DNA from: a virus
Taxonomy: Duplodnaviria; Caudoviricetes
Direction: 5' to 3' (one strand)
Virus record (IMG/VR): IMGVR_UViG_3300040781_000188
Coordinates: 1-61,481 of that record
DNA length: 61,481 nt
The translations under genes were made by a program, and so were the position numbers. The notes below the pieces were generated by a model. The model did not search any database. It was not told the DNA's origin and saw only the letters and a list, made by a program, of their open reading frames with translations. Shown here piece by piece: positions 49,545 to 57,422 of the stretch; position 1 is the stretch's first letter; the number at the start of each line of letters is the position of its first letter.

Positions 49545-50075
49545 ATGTTATCATTACTAAAACTATTTGAACTACAAGATTTACCTTGGAGATACAAACG
49601 TGGTGGCAGAGTACCTTTTGGTGCAGATAAAGTTAACGCTGCTATGTTTGCTTGGTTTGTTTTCCATGATGGAGAAAAACCTCCTTTTATACCAGGTAGA
49701 GTAGTTAATCATCCAGAGAAGAACTGGAAAGGTATGGGCGTAGATAAAGTTATACCTACTAAAGCTCTAGATGATTTATATGCTATTAAACAAATTCAAG
49801 GTAGAGCAAGTTGTCAAGGTACTCTTACGGATGCAAATGGTGAATTAGAAGTTCCTACTTACTATATATTTAGACCTCTTAATCAAGATAAACGATATGT
49901 TGAAACTATAGTAAACAAACTAAATAAATATTCAGATGTTAAATCTAATTACGATATAGGATTAGGTAATGAATTTCGTATAGGTGTTGTTGGGAATATG
50001 TCTTATGAAACTAATCCTAAAAGTTTTACTAAATGGTGGAATGAGTTACCAATTAAGATTAAGAAATCATTATAA
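49545..50075 (+). CDS. Tagged hypothetical protein (MLSLLKLFE)
   Basis: SD GAGGA; contains RASCQG. Confidence 0.7.
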   Translation: MLSLLKLFELQDLPWRYKRGGRVPFGADKVNAAMFAWFVFHDGEKPPFIPGRVVNHPEKNWKGMGVDKVIPTKALDDLYAIKQIQGRASCQGTLTDANGELEVPTYYIFRPLNQDKRYVETIVNKLNKYSDVKSNYDIGLGNEFRIGVVGNMSYETNPKSFTKWWNELPIKIKKSL

Positions 50076-50084
50076 ATAAAAATT

Positions 50085-50254
50085 ATCCTTCCCCATGGGT
50101 ATAGGGGAAGGTGTATCTAAAGTGTCGCCCAGACACTCTATTCCCTTTGGTCGCTATCCTGGATTTTGTCCATGTCGCGGGATAGTTTTTGCCGAGAAAG
50201 TACGAATCTTTCGATTCGAATGGACACCTAAGGGACAAGGTGTCTTACTCCCCG
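50085..50254 (-). ncRNA. Candidate structured non-coding RNA of unknown class
   Basis: Five hairpins including a GAAA tetraloop on the minus strand, terminal hairpin, promoter-like motif directly upstream. Confidence 0.6.
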
Positions 50255-50262
50255 TTAATATA

Positions 50263-50291
50263 ATTTCTATATATCTAAAGAGAATATAAAA
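50263..50291 (-). promoter_or_regulatory. Conserved promoter-like motif, copy 2
   Basis: ATTTCTATATA-N9-AATATAAAA, 2 mismatches to the consensus. Confidence 0.55.
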
Positions 50292-50824
50292 TGATATCTA
50301 TATCTCAACTTTTAGAACAAGAAAATCAAGTCCAAATCTATTGTGATATGGATGGAGTGCTTACGGATTTTAACGAGTCTGCTAAAAAGATTGGATGGAA
50401 AGGTCCACTTCCAGCGGTTACAAAAGAGGATAAATCAGCACTCTGGAAAATGGTAGTAGGAAATGCCGAAAAATTTTGGGGCGATATGCCTTGGAAAGAA
50501 GACGGTAAAATACTTTGGGAATTCATTAAGCCATATGATCCTATACTTTTGACATCTGTCGCTAATAGTCTAAGTTCAAAGTTGGGCTCAGGCGGAAAAC
50601 GTGGAAAAGAACGTTGGGTTGGGAGAGAGTTAGGTCGGGATTATGTCAAAAACAATCTGATCGTTGTAGCTTCGCATGGAAAAACTAAATATGCAAAGAA
50701 GGGTTCTATTTTAATCGACGATTTTGAAAAAAATATAATTCCTTGGGAATCTGCTGGTGGGATTGGTATTTTACATACGTCAGCTGATAGAACTATAGAT
50801 GAGTTAAAGAAACTATTGCAATAA
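50291..50824 (+). CDS. Tagged (MISISQLLE) HAD-family 5'(3')-deoxyribonucleotidase-like phosphatase
   Basis: IYCDMDGVL, ILLTS, K, ILIDD motifs. Confidence 0.88.
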   Translation: MISISQLLEQENQVQIYCDMDGVLTDFNESAKKIGWKGPLPAVTKEDKSALWKMVVGNAEKFWGDMPWKEDGKILWEFIKPYDPILLTSVANSLSSKLGSGGKRGKERWVGRELGRDYVKNNLIVVASHGKTKYAKKGSILIDDFEKNIIPWESAGGIGILHTSADRTIDELKKLLQ

Positions 50825-50844
50825 AAAAGACGGGTTACGTCTTT
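50822..50844 (-). terminator. Terminator between convergent genes
   Basis: AAAGACG GGTTA CGTCTTT with A-tract on the left. Confidence 0.55.
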
Positions 50845-51065
50845 CCTCCATAAACGGGGCATTCGCCTTCGTCATATGGGTTCATCTCTACGGCCTCGCG
50901 AATAATGTACTCCGCAACGCTTTCGAGGGCTATGCGGATACTACTCACTGGAATCTCTTCCAGGTTCTTCTCCGCATAGGTTAAGGTTACTGGGAAAGCT
51001 ATTCCCAGTACTCGGACGAGCTCATAAAGCTCATCCTGCCCCAGGCCTTCCAGCTGTTTGATCAT
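50835..51065 (-). CDS. Small hypothetical protein (MIKQLEGLG...); minus strand, ORF-track label is wrong
   Basis: Reverse complement reads AAGGAGGCCCAT ATG ATC AAA CAG. Confidence 0.75.
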   Translation of the reverse strand: MIKQLEGLGQDELYELVRVLGIAFPVTLTYAEKNLEEIPVSSIRIALESVAEYIIREAVEMNPYDEGECPVYGGKT

Positions 51066-51110
51066 ATGGGCCTCCTTTGTTGTGGTTTGAGGTGCATTCG
51101 CCTTCGTCAT
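50859..51110. repeat. 17-bp direct repeat pair
   Basis: GCATTCGCCTTCGTCAT at 50859-50875 and 51094-51110. Confidence 0.9.
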
Positions 51111-51273
51111 GGGTTTATTTTTACAAACTTTTTGTTCGTTTTATCTTATGATATTTCTTGTGCATAATCGAACAATTACGCACTCCCAAGCACCCTCATA
51201 AGTAGGGTCCGCGCCAGCACCACAATGGTGACTGGAATTAGGAATCTCGCGGGCGCAGCTATAACGATTCGCT

Positions 51274-51654
51274 TTACCTTGCTAGAGCAAGGCATCCGAC
51301 GATACTACCGTCGGACTTACGAACCATCCTTGCAACGGTCAACAGATCGGTTCTACCCGTCTGTCGAGCAGCGTTGGCAGTGATAGCTGAGACGATGTAG
51401 AATACACCTTTTTCAGGTGCAGGGAGATTTTCAACCTCCCCATATTCCAACCCAATAGTTGGAATATTTTCTATCGCCTCTGCATCTACCTCGACTACTG
51501 AGCAACGTGGAACGTTGCCCGAGGTTGCAGGGATCTCGCAAACGACGACAGGGTCGCCCACGAGGTTATAACTCCGAGTACGTTTGTTGTACTCGGCACA
51601 CACTGGCGACAGAATTGTCACCGCATGTGGCGTCATATTGATGACGCTGGTCAT
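51274..51654 (-). CDS. Conserved phage hypothetical protein (NxTPH...LPAP...YIVS...RxDL...G.IVGC family); minus strand, ORF-track label is wrong
   Basis: Reverse complement reads AAGGAGAAAGGGTT ATG ACC AGC GTC. Confidence 0.8.
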   Translation of the reverse strand: MTSVINMTPHAVTILSPVCAEYNKRTRSYNLVGDPVVVCEIPATSGNVPRCSVVEVDAEAIENIPTIGLEYGEVENLPAPEKGVFYIVSAITANAARQTGRTDLLTVARMVRKSDGSIVGCLALAR

Positions 51655-51713
51655 AACCCTTTCTCCTTACAAGAGAAAGTCATTTAATTGCCCAGCGTTG
51701 GGGCTTAATTCTA

Positions 51714-51742
51714 ATTTCTTTATATGATTTTTGAATATTAAA
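51714..51742 (-). promoter_or_regulatory. Conserved promoter-like motif, copy 3
   Basis: ATTTCTTTATA-N9-AATATTAAA(GGATAAA). Confidence 0.65.
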
Positions 51743-51743
51743 G

Positions 51744-51762
51744 GATAAAGCCCCGAAGGGCT
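51744..51762 (-). terminator. UUCG-tetraloop terminator-like hairpin
   Basis: Minus strand AGCCC TTCG GGGCT TTAT right after the stop of 51761..52243. Confidence 0.7.
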
Positions 51763-52243
51763 ACTCCTTAAATTCGTTAATAATGACTGTTTTACATTTC
51801 TCTAGATATGCTATAACCCCATCAATCACTATATCTTCATCTTCATCGTGTTCTTCTAAATGTTTATGTATCATATCTAGCAGATATATATGCAGAAACA
51901 TATTATTATAAAAAGGTTTAAGATCATTGAAGTGGTTAGCATAATCAGATACATCGTGTGTTAACTTAAATTTTCCTTCCTTATCATAACCAACAAATTG
52001 ATTAGGTAATGCATACATCAATGTATCATCTGAATCTATAATAGTGGCGAATTTATCGAATACAAAAGCTCTACCCATCATTTTTGTTATGTCACTATCT
52101 AGGTGATCATCTAGAGTTCTTATCATTTCTTCCATTAATTCTTCACTGAACTCATCAATTAGTCTTTGCGATAAATAAAGTTCTAACCGGTCTGTGAAAA
52201 CTTTAATAAGTGATTTTTTCATTACCTCTAACCATTCAGCCAT
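51761..52243 (-). CDS. Hypothetical protein
   Basis: 160-aa acidic ORF, SD AAGGA. Confidence 0.75.
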   Translation of the reverse strand: MAEWLEVMKKSLIKVFTDRLELYLSQRLIDEFSEELMEEMIRTLDDHLDSDITKMMGRAFVFDKFATIIDSDDTLMYALPNQFVGYDKEGKFKLTHDVSDYANHFNDLKPFYNNMFLHIYLLDMIHKHLEEHDEDEDIVIDGVIAYLEKCKTVIINEFKE

Positions 52244-52273
52244 TTTAATCCTTTCATCTTTTTTTGATAGAGA

Positions 52274-52663
52274 TTAATAATAGACATATATGTGAGTCGA
52301 ATTAGCAGTTTCCAAAACTCTATTTAATTCTCTTTCCCATGTTTTTGCATCAAGATTACTGGGTAATTCTGTTATTGTTGCTCCAAGAAATATTCTTAAT
52401 TTACAAGATAAATTTGGATGTATTAATGTGCCGTCTTTACGTTTATCACAAATTGGTATTATTTCTAAATTTATATCTGATGTGTAATATTCTTTATTGT
52501 GATGTATTAGAATTGATTTTGGTTCATCTTTGATTACATTAATCATATGCCCTAATATCTCACCATTAAATAGAACATCCCAATTACTTCGATTTATTCT
52601 TGGCATTTGTTTAATTAAAGATTTGGTCATTCGACGTTTCATTGTTACGATTTCAATTTCCAT
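52274..52663 (-). CDS. Hypothetical protein
   Basis: SD GGAG before ATG 52663. Confidence 0.7.
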   Translation of the reverse strand: MEIEIVTMKRRMTKSLIKQMPRINRSNWDVLFNGEILGHMINVIKDEPKSILIHHNKEYYTSDINLEIIPICDKRKDGTLIHPNLSCKLRIFLGATITELPSNLDAKTWERELNRVLETANSTHIYVYY

Positions 52664-52700
52664 TTTTGTCTCCATAATAAAAGTTAATGTTAGAAGAATC

Positions 52701-52729
52701 ATTTCTTTATATAATTGTTAAATATTAAA
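52701..52729 (-). promoter_or_regulatory. Conserved promoter-like motif, copy 4
   Basis: ATTTCTTTATA-N9-AATATTAAA(GGATAAA). Confidence 0.65.
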
Positions 52730-52739
52730 GGATAAAAGT

Positions 52740-53243
52740 ATGGCAAAATTTCGTCATTTTGAGGAAAGTAGAATCCAACTTGGTGTTGGGGAAGTACACA
52801 TTCAAGAAGTAAGTGATGGTGTACATCTTACTATTAGCGAAGAAATAGAACACAGTATTCGATTAGGTATTCCAAATGAACATGGAACTACTTATAATTA
52901 TTGGCGCGATATTGTTAATATATTAAAAGATGATGAAGACTCAATTAAATTAGCTTCTGCTATAGTTGAATTAGAAGACTCTGATCTAAATCAAGAAGAA
53001 TTGCCTAAACCATTAAGACCAGAATTTGTTAATTTCTCTGATAATAATATTGATTGGATTGGAATAAAATTATTGACTTCGAATGGAGATCCTATTCTTG
53101 TCTGTTGGGAAAAAGGATCAGGCATTCCTATACCAACTATTTCATTTAATTTAGATTGGATAAAGAAAGCGACTAAAATTGGACAGTCTGTATTTTATCA
53201 AGAACTCGCCAAAGTTTGTTCGAAAGTGTTAGACGAAGTATGA
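52740..53243 (+). CDS. Hypothetical protein
   Basis: 167-aa ORF, SD AAGGA. Confidence 0.7.
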   Translation: MAKFRHFEESRIQLGVGEVHIQEVSDGVHLTISEEIEHSIRLGIPNEHGTTYNYWRDIVNILKDDEDSIKLASAIVELEDSDLNQEELPKPLRPEFVNFSDNNIDWIGIKLLTSNGDPILVCWEKGSGIPIPTISFNLDWIKKATKIGQSVFYQELAKVCSKVLDEV

Positions 53244-53407
53244 AAACTAAAATTATAAATCAATGTGATCTAAAACATTTAGAGCAATTGATTACTTGTC
53301 CATATTATGAATGGAGATTATCTCCATTTAAATGTAATTGGAAATCATTATCTGATGAATGCTTGAATAAAAAAGCACAAGAATATTGGCTTAATAAAAG
53401 GGACTGA
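53240..53407 (+). CDS. Small four-Cys protein
   Basis: ATGA overlap at 53240. Confidence 0.55.
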   Translation: MKTKIINQCDLKHLEQLITCPYYEWRLSPFKCNWKSLSDECLNKKAQEYWLNKRD

Positions 53408-53409
53408 TT

Positions 53410-54072
53410 ATGATACCTATTTCATATTTATTTGAAGTAAGTAGATTAAAAAAAGAAATCAGATTAGGGAAACTGTCTGATGAAGGTATAATGAAAGCTC
53501 GAATGGCAGGACAAATCAAGCCTTTTCATAAATGGAGAAAAGGTATCGATAAAGGGACTAATGAACTTATTCGAAAATCAGGAGCAAAGAAATTAGTTTC
53601 TTCTGATTCATTTGGTGTTCATAAAGACAGAATTTATTCAAATGTACCACAGATGATGACAAGAGATGGAGAGAGACTTGTTGTTCTTCCAAAAACGTCC
53701 TCATCATTTTATAAAGACAAAAATCTTAGTCCTCGTGATGCTACTATTATAAATAGACATGAAGCGGACGAATCTCGGTATGGTAAAGAATATAAAAATA
53801 AATTTGGAGTTAATTTAGCAGGGAGATTTTCAAAACGGGAAGGGACAGGAGAGAAACATGTTTCTGCAAGAGTTACAAAGAGGGAATCAGAAAATCTCAA
53901 TACTGGAAAAGCATATGGACTAGGGTCTTTCCTCAGGTCTCATCGTGAAAAAACTGGAGAATCTAATTTAGTAAAGAAATCAGATAAAGAACTCAAAAAA
54001 ATTGAGAGTAGAAGAATTAAAGATTTTTTGAAGAAAAGTAATCAAATCTCTCCTGAACTGAATTTATATTAA
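53410..54072 (+). CDS. Tagged basic protein (MIPISYLFE)
   Basis: Tag identical to that of the next gene; contains RHEADE. Confidence 0.75.
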   Translation: MIPISYLFEVSRLKKEIRLGKLSDEGIMKARMAGQIKPFHKWRKGIDKGTNELIRKSGAKKLVSSDSFGVHKDRIYSNVPQMMTRDGERLVVLPKTSSSFYKDKNLSPRDATIINRHEADESRYGKEYKNKFGVNLAGRFSKREGTGEKHVSARVTKRESENLNTGKAYGLGSFLRSHREKTGESNLVKKSDKELKKIESRRIKDFLKKSNQISPELNLY

Positions 54073-54083
54073 AGGATTGTAAA

Positions 54084-54497
54084 ATGATACCTATTTCATA
54101 TTTATTCGAACAACCACAAGAATTACCTCCAGAAGAACAGGGTAATCTTGCTGATCGTATTTATGTTAGAGCGTTAGAAAGAGTACCTACTCCCGAACAA
54201 GATGAAGAAGCAGCAATTAGTGATGAAGCTGCTGCAAAAATAGAACAAGAAAAACAGGCAGCGAAAGTTGCTGCAGCTACTGCAGAAATGCGGAATAGAG
54301 ATCCAGAATTAAAACAATTAAAAGCCGCAGAAGCTATTCATAATAAACAAGCTGCTGAAGATGTTAAATCACTAGAACAGGGCGCAGTTCCTCCTAATGT
54401 AGAGCAAGATAAGGCCGAACAAGCCGCTGCTATGCAAGGCCCGCCCGAGGGTAATTCCCAAGGGCAAGTCCAAGAGAATTTATTTCAATATATTTAA
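54084..54497 (+). CDS. Tagged acidic Gln/Glu/Ala-rich protein (MIPISYLFE)
   Basis: SD AAGGA; tag motif. Confidence 0.75.
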   Translation: MIPISYLFEQPQELPPEEQGNLADRIYVRALERVPTPEQDEEAAISDEAAAKIEQEKQAAKVAAATAEMRNRDPELKQLKAAEAIHNKQAAEDVKSLEQGAVPPNVEQDKAEQAAAMQGPPEGNSQGQVQENLFQYI

Positions 54498-54511
54498 GGA
54501 GTCTCGAAGAC

Positions 54512-55270
54512 ATGAGTAATAATTTGGTTATTGATCCTATAATTCATAATTTACCAGTTGCTATATTAGTTGTTGATAAAGAGCGAAAAGTAATGTTGTC
54601 TAATAAAGCTGCTGAGTTCCTTGCAAATAAATCAGAGTCACAATTATTTGATTTATATGGCGGACAAGCTTTAGGCTGTATTCATGCAGATTCTGAAGAA
54701 GGTTGTGGATTTACAGAACATTGTGATGCTTGTGATGTTAAAAATGCAGTTTTAGAAACATTCTTATCAAAGAAAGATAGAGAGTCGTTTGATACAAAAA
54801 TTAATTTAAAATTATACGGGTCTAGAGATATAAAAGTATCTGCAACATATTTAAATTTAGATGAAATTAGAGATGAAATTGTTAGTGTTGAAAGAAGAAT
54901 AAGTCGTGGTAGAAGAGAGAGTGATTTGCGTAAAGAAATGGTTATAGTTGCTATGGAAGATGTGACTGAGTTTAAAAAGAAAGAACGAATGTCTGCAACA
55001 TTAGAAACTGTTGGTGCATTATGTCATGAAATGAATCAACCATTGCAAGTTCTAGAAGGATCTCTTTCTCTTATTAAACTTGATTTGGATAGTCCGAAAG
55101 ATAAAAATAAAGAAATAAATGAAAATCTTAAAATTGCATATGAAGCACAAGTTAAATTAGCTAAAATTATATCGGATCTTAAACAATTAAAAGAATACGA
55201 AACGAAACAATATTTATCTGGTCGAATATTAGATATTGAAAAATCTGCAAATAGTGGTGAATTGTCATGA
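54512..55270 (+). CDS. PAS plus HisKA-only (no ATPase domain) signalling protein
   Basis: PAS start LPVAILVVD...SNKAA, Cys cluster GCIH...GCG.TEHC..C, H-box ALCHEMNQPL; no HATPase motifs. Confidence 0.8.
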   Translation: MSNNLVIDPIIHNLPVAILVVDKERKVMLSNKAAEFLANKSESQLFDLYGGQALGCIHADSEEGCGFTEHCDACDVKNAVLETFLSKKDRESFDTKINLKLYGSRDIKVSATYLNLDEIRDEIVSVERRISRGRRESDLRKEMVIVAMEDVTEFKKKERMSATLETVGALCHEMNQPLQVLEGSLSLIKLDLDSPKDKNKEINENLKIAYEAQVKLAKIISDLKQLKEYETKQYLSGRILDIEKSANSGELS

Positions 55271-55286
55271 AGAAAATGAGGAACTA

Positions 55287-57411
55287 ATGTTTCAAAGATC
55301 TGCATCTATAAGCAAGATGGTAAGGGCGAAAAAAATTAATCAAGTTTCTCCCGCTGAGAAAAAACGCAGAGCTTTAGAAATATGGAAGTGCAGAACTAAT
55401 CCTTTCTATTTTATTCATAATTATTGTTTTCTTGATGAAGGTGGAGGTCAAACTCTTTATAAGAAAGAGTTAATGCATAATAAAATGCGAAGAGTTGTTA
55501 GATCAATTTTTCGTTATAAAAAATGCATATTGATGGCTTCTCGTCAGTTAGGAAAATCTACTATTGCTGCTTGTTTAGTTGCATGGTCTATGGTATTTTT
55601 TCCGAGAAATAAAGCAGTCATATTGAACATGAAACAAGATGCTGGTAAACGGAATCTAAGAACAATTAAATTCATAATAAAGAATTTGCCGGTTTGGATG
55701 GTTTCAGAAAGACCATTCAAGAATAAGAGTGATGCGGTAACATATTGTGAATTGTTTAATGATAGTAGAATCGATTAATTATTAGTCGCCTCATACGGTA
55801 ACGTATGTTGAATAACTCTGTGAATTCAGGGGAAGCCTAAGTCATAACAGATATGGTAATCCTGAGCCAAGCTTGTGTCCGCTAACACAGGAAGGTGCAA
55901 CGACTATCCCGAGAGGGAGTACACTGGAAGCCCAGTGGAAGCGCAGAGCATCCTAGTTTAAAGATGGACTCTAGGATGATGATATAGTCTAGACTATATG
56001 GAAACATATAGCAGTCCACAAAAGGACGCCTAGAATTTAGCGAATTCTAGGGAATGAATCGGTATTCTACCCAGCAACGACCCATGACCCTTCAACATTA
56101 GCACGTTCTTTGACTGTTGCAGTATTGTATATTGACGAATCTGCTTTTATCAAGTATATGGATGAAATTTATGGTTCAGCACAACAAACATTATCTAAGG
56201 CAAGGGAGCAAGCTAAGAAGTACAATTATCCATACTTTATGTTGGTGACAAGTACTCCTAACGGTACTCAAGGTGATGGTGAGTGGTTTTATAATCGTTG
56301 GGGAAATGCTGTTGAATCTGATGAATTGTTTGTTCCTAATGACCATGGTCTTGAAGATTGGAATCCAGATATTGATATCGATGAAACAGTAAAAGATATG
56401 TCAAGAAATACTTTTATTCGTGTTAGATATCACTGGAGTGAAGATCCAACTAAAGATGAACAATGGTATTTGGAACAATGTCAGGAACTTGGGGATCAAC
56501 GTAAAGTTAACCAGGAACTTGATTTACTTTTTGTCGGTACAACACAATGTATTTTTGAGGATGAGACATTAGCTGCATTCGAAGCTAAAACTCCAGTCAC
56601 GACTTTACCCTGCCCACACCATTCTAAATTAGACATTTTTGTCAACGAATTAGATAAAAACGATTGGTACATTATTGGATGTGATACTGCACAATCCCTA
56701 ACAGGTGCATTTTGTGCTATTCAAATATATGGATTTAGAGAATTTAATCAAATTGCCGAACTAAGTAATAAGTACGGGTCGTACCATAATTTTGGTGAAG
56801 CCATTCATTATGTGTTCCAATGGCTTTATTCTCAAGTTGGTCCAAGAATTATTTTAGCAATAGAGAATAATACGATTGGACAAGCTCCAATTGAATATTT
56901 AACTAAAAGTGTTACGACATTTGATTATATGCCTTTCTTAGAAAGAGATGTTGATAAAACTGGAAATTTAAAGCATGAGTTAGGGATTAAGACAACCGGA
57001 TTAACAAAACCGTTAATGGTAGGATGTCTTGTTGAATGTATCAACGAAAATATATTAGGATTTAAATCTAGAAATTTAATTAATCAATTTGGGACTATTG
57101 AAAAAACAAATTCAGGAACTATTCGATCAAATTCAGTAACTGATTTATTTATGGCATCTTGTTTCTGTGCTTTTACAAGAAAACGTAGAGCTATGGAGAT
57201 TATGCCACAGATTCAATTTACAAATCAACAAATTCAAGTTCAAATATTAAAAACTGTTCAAACAGCAGCATCAATTGCTGGAACAAAAGACTATATTAAA
57301 TTCACAGAAAAGAAAGATGATATATCTCATATTGTTGGTATTGATGATGATTATAATTTTGAAAAAACAGATGATATAGATTCTGCATTTTTGCCATTTA
57401 TTAATATGTGA
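55287..57411 (+). CDS. terL: Terminase large subunit, two exons (55287-55775 and 56062-57411, 612 aa spliced)
   Basis: Walker A ASRQLGKS, Walker B VLYIDE, TSTPNG, QEL, nuclease IGCDTA; exons join in frame as DSRID-VFYP. Confidence 0.92.
55776..56061 (+). ncRNA. Group I self-splicing intron (286 nt, no ORF)
   Basis: P1 CGAT/GTCG with U-G at the splice site; P AATTCAGGGGAA, Q AATCCTGAGC, R GCAACGACTA, S GATATAGTC; terminal G 56061. Confidence 0.92.
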
Positions 57412-57422
57412 TAGAGGTGTAT

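Noticed and set aside
50085-50254. c-di-GMP-I riboswitch or tRNA identity for the structured RNA
   Set aside because: It has a GAAA tetraloop but lacks the GGCAAAC...GACGCAAA core, has no cloverleaf or T-loop, and no gene lies downstream on that strand
50095-50289. 64-aa plus-strand ORF
   Set aside because: No SD, the start lies inside a hairpin, and the composition is atypical; better explained by RNA structure
51175-51294. Possible 39-aa minus-strand ORF (MPCSSKVKR...) or tmRNA-like tag
   Set aside because: No convincing SD and no tRNA-like ends; unsupported
50835-51654. Plus-strand labels for track ORFs 50835..51110 and 51274..51654
   Set aside because: The listed proteins are only obtained from the reverse complement (CAT at 51108-51110 and 51652-51654), so both are minus-strand genes
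782-55305. Numerous short overlapping or antisense track ORFs (e.g. 782, 4547, 13739, 16580, 24581, 29881, 38071, 39566)
   Set aside because: They lie within longer, motif-bearing genes that have proper SD sequences
15830-55778. Stop-codon reassignment to explain split genes (TAG 15830, TAG 34873, TAA 55776)
   Set aside because: The breaks need a frame change or splicing rather than readthrough, and TAG/TGA end many normal genes
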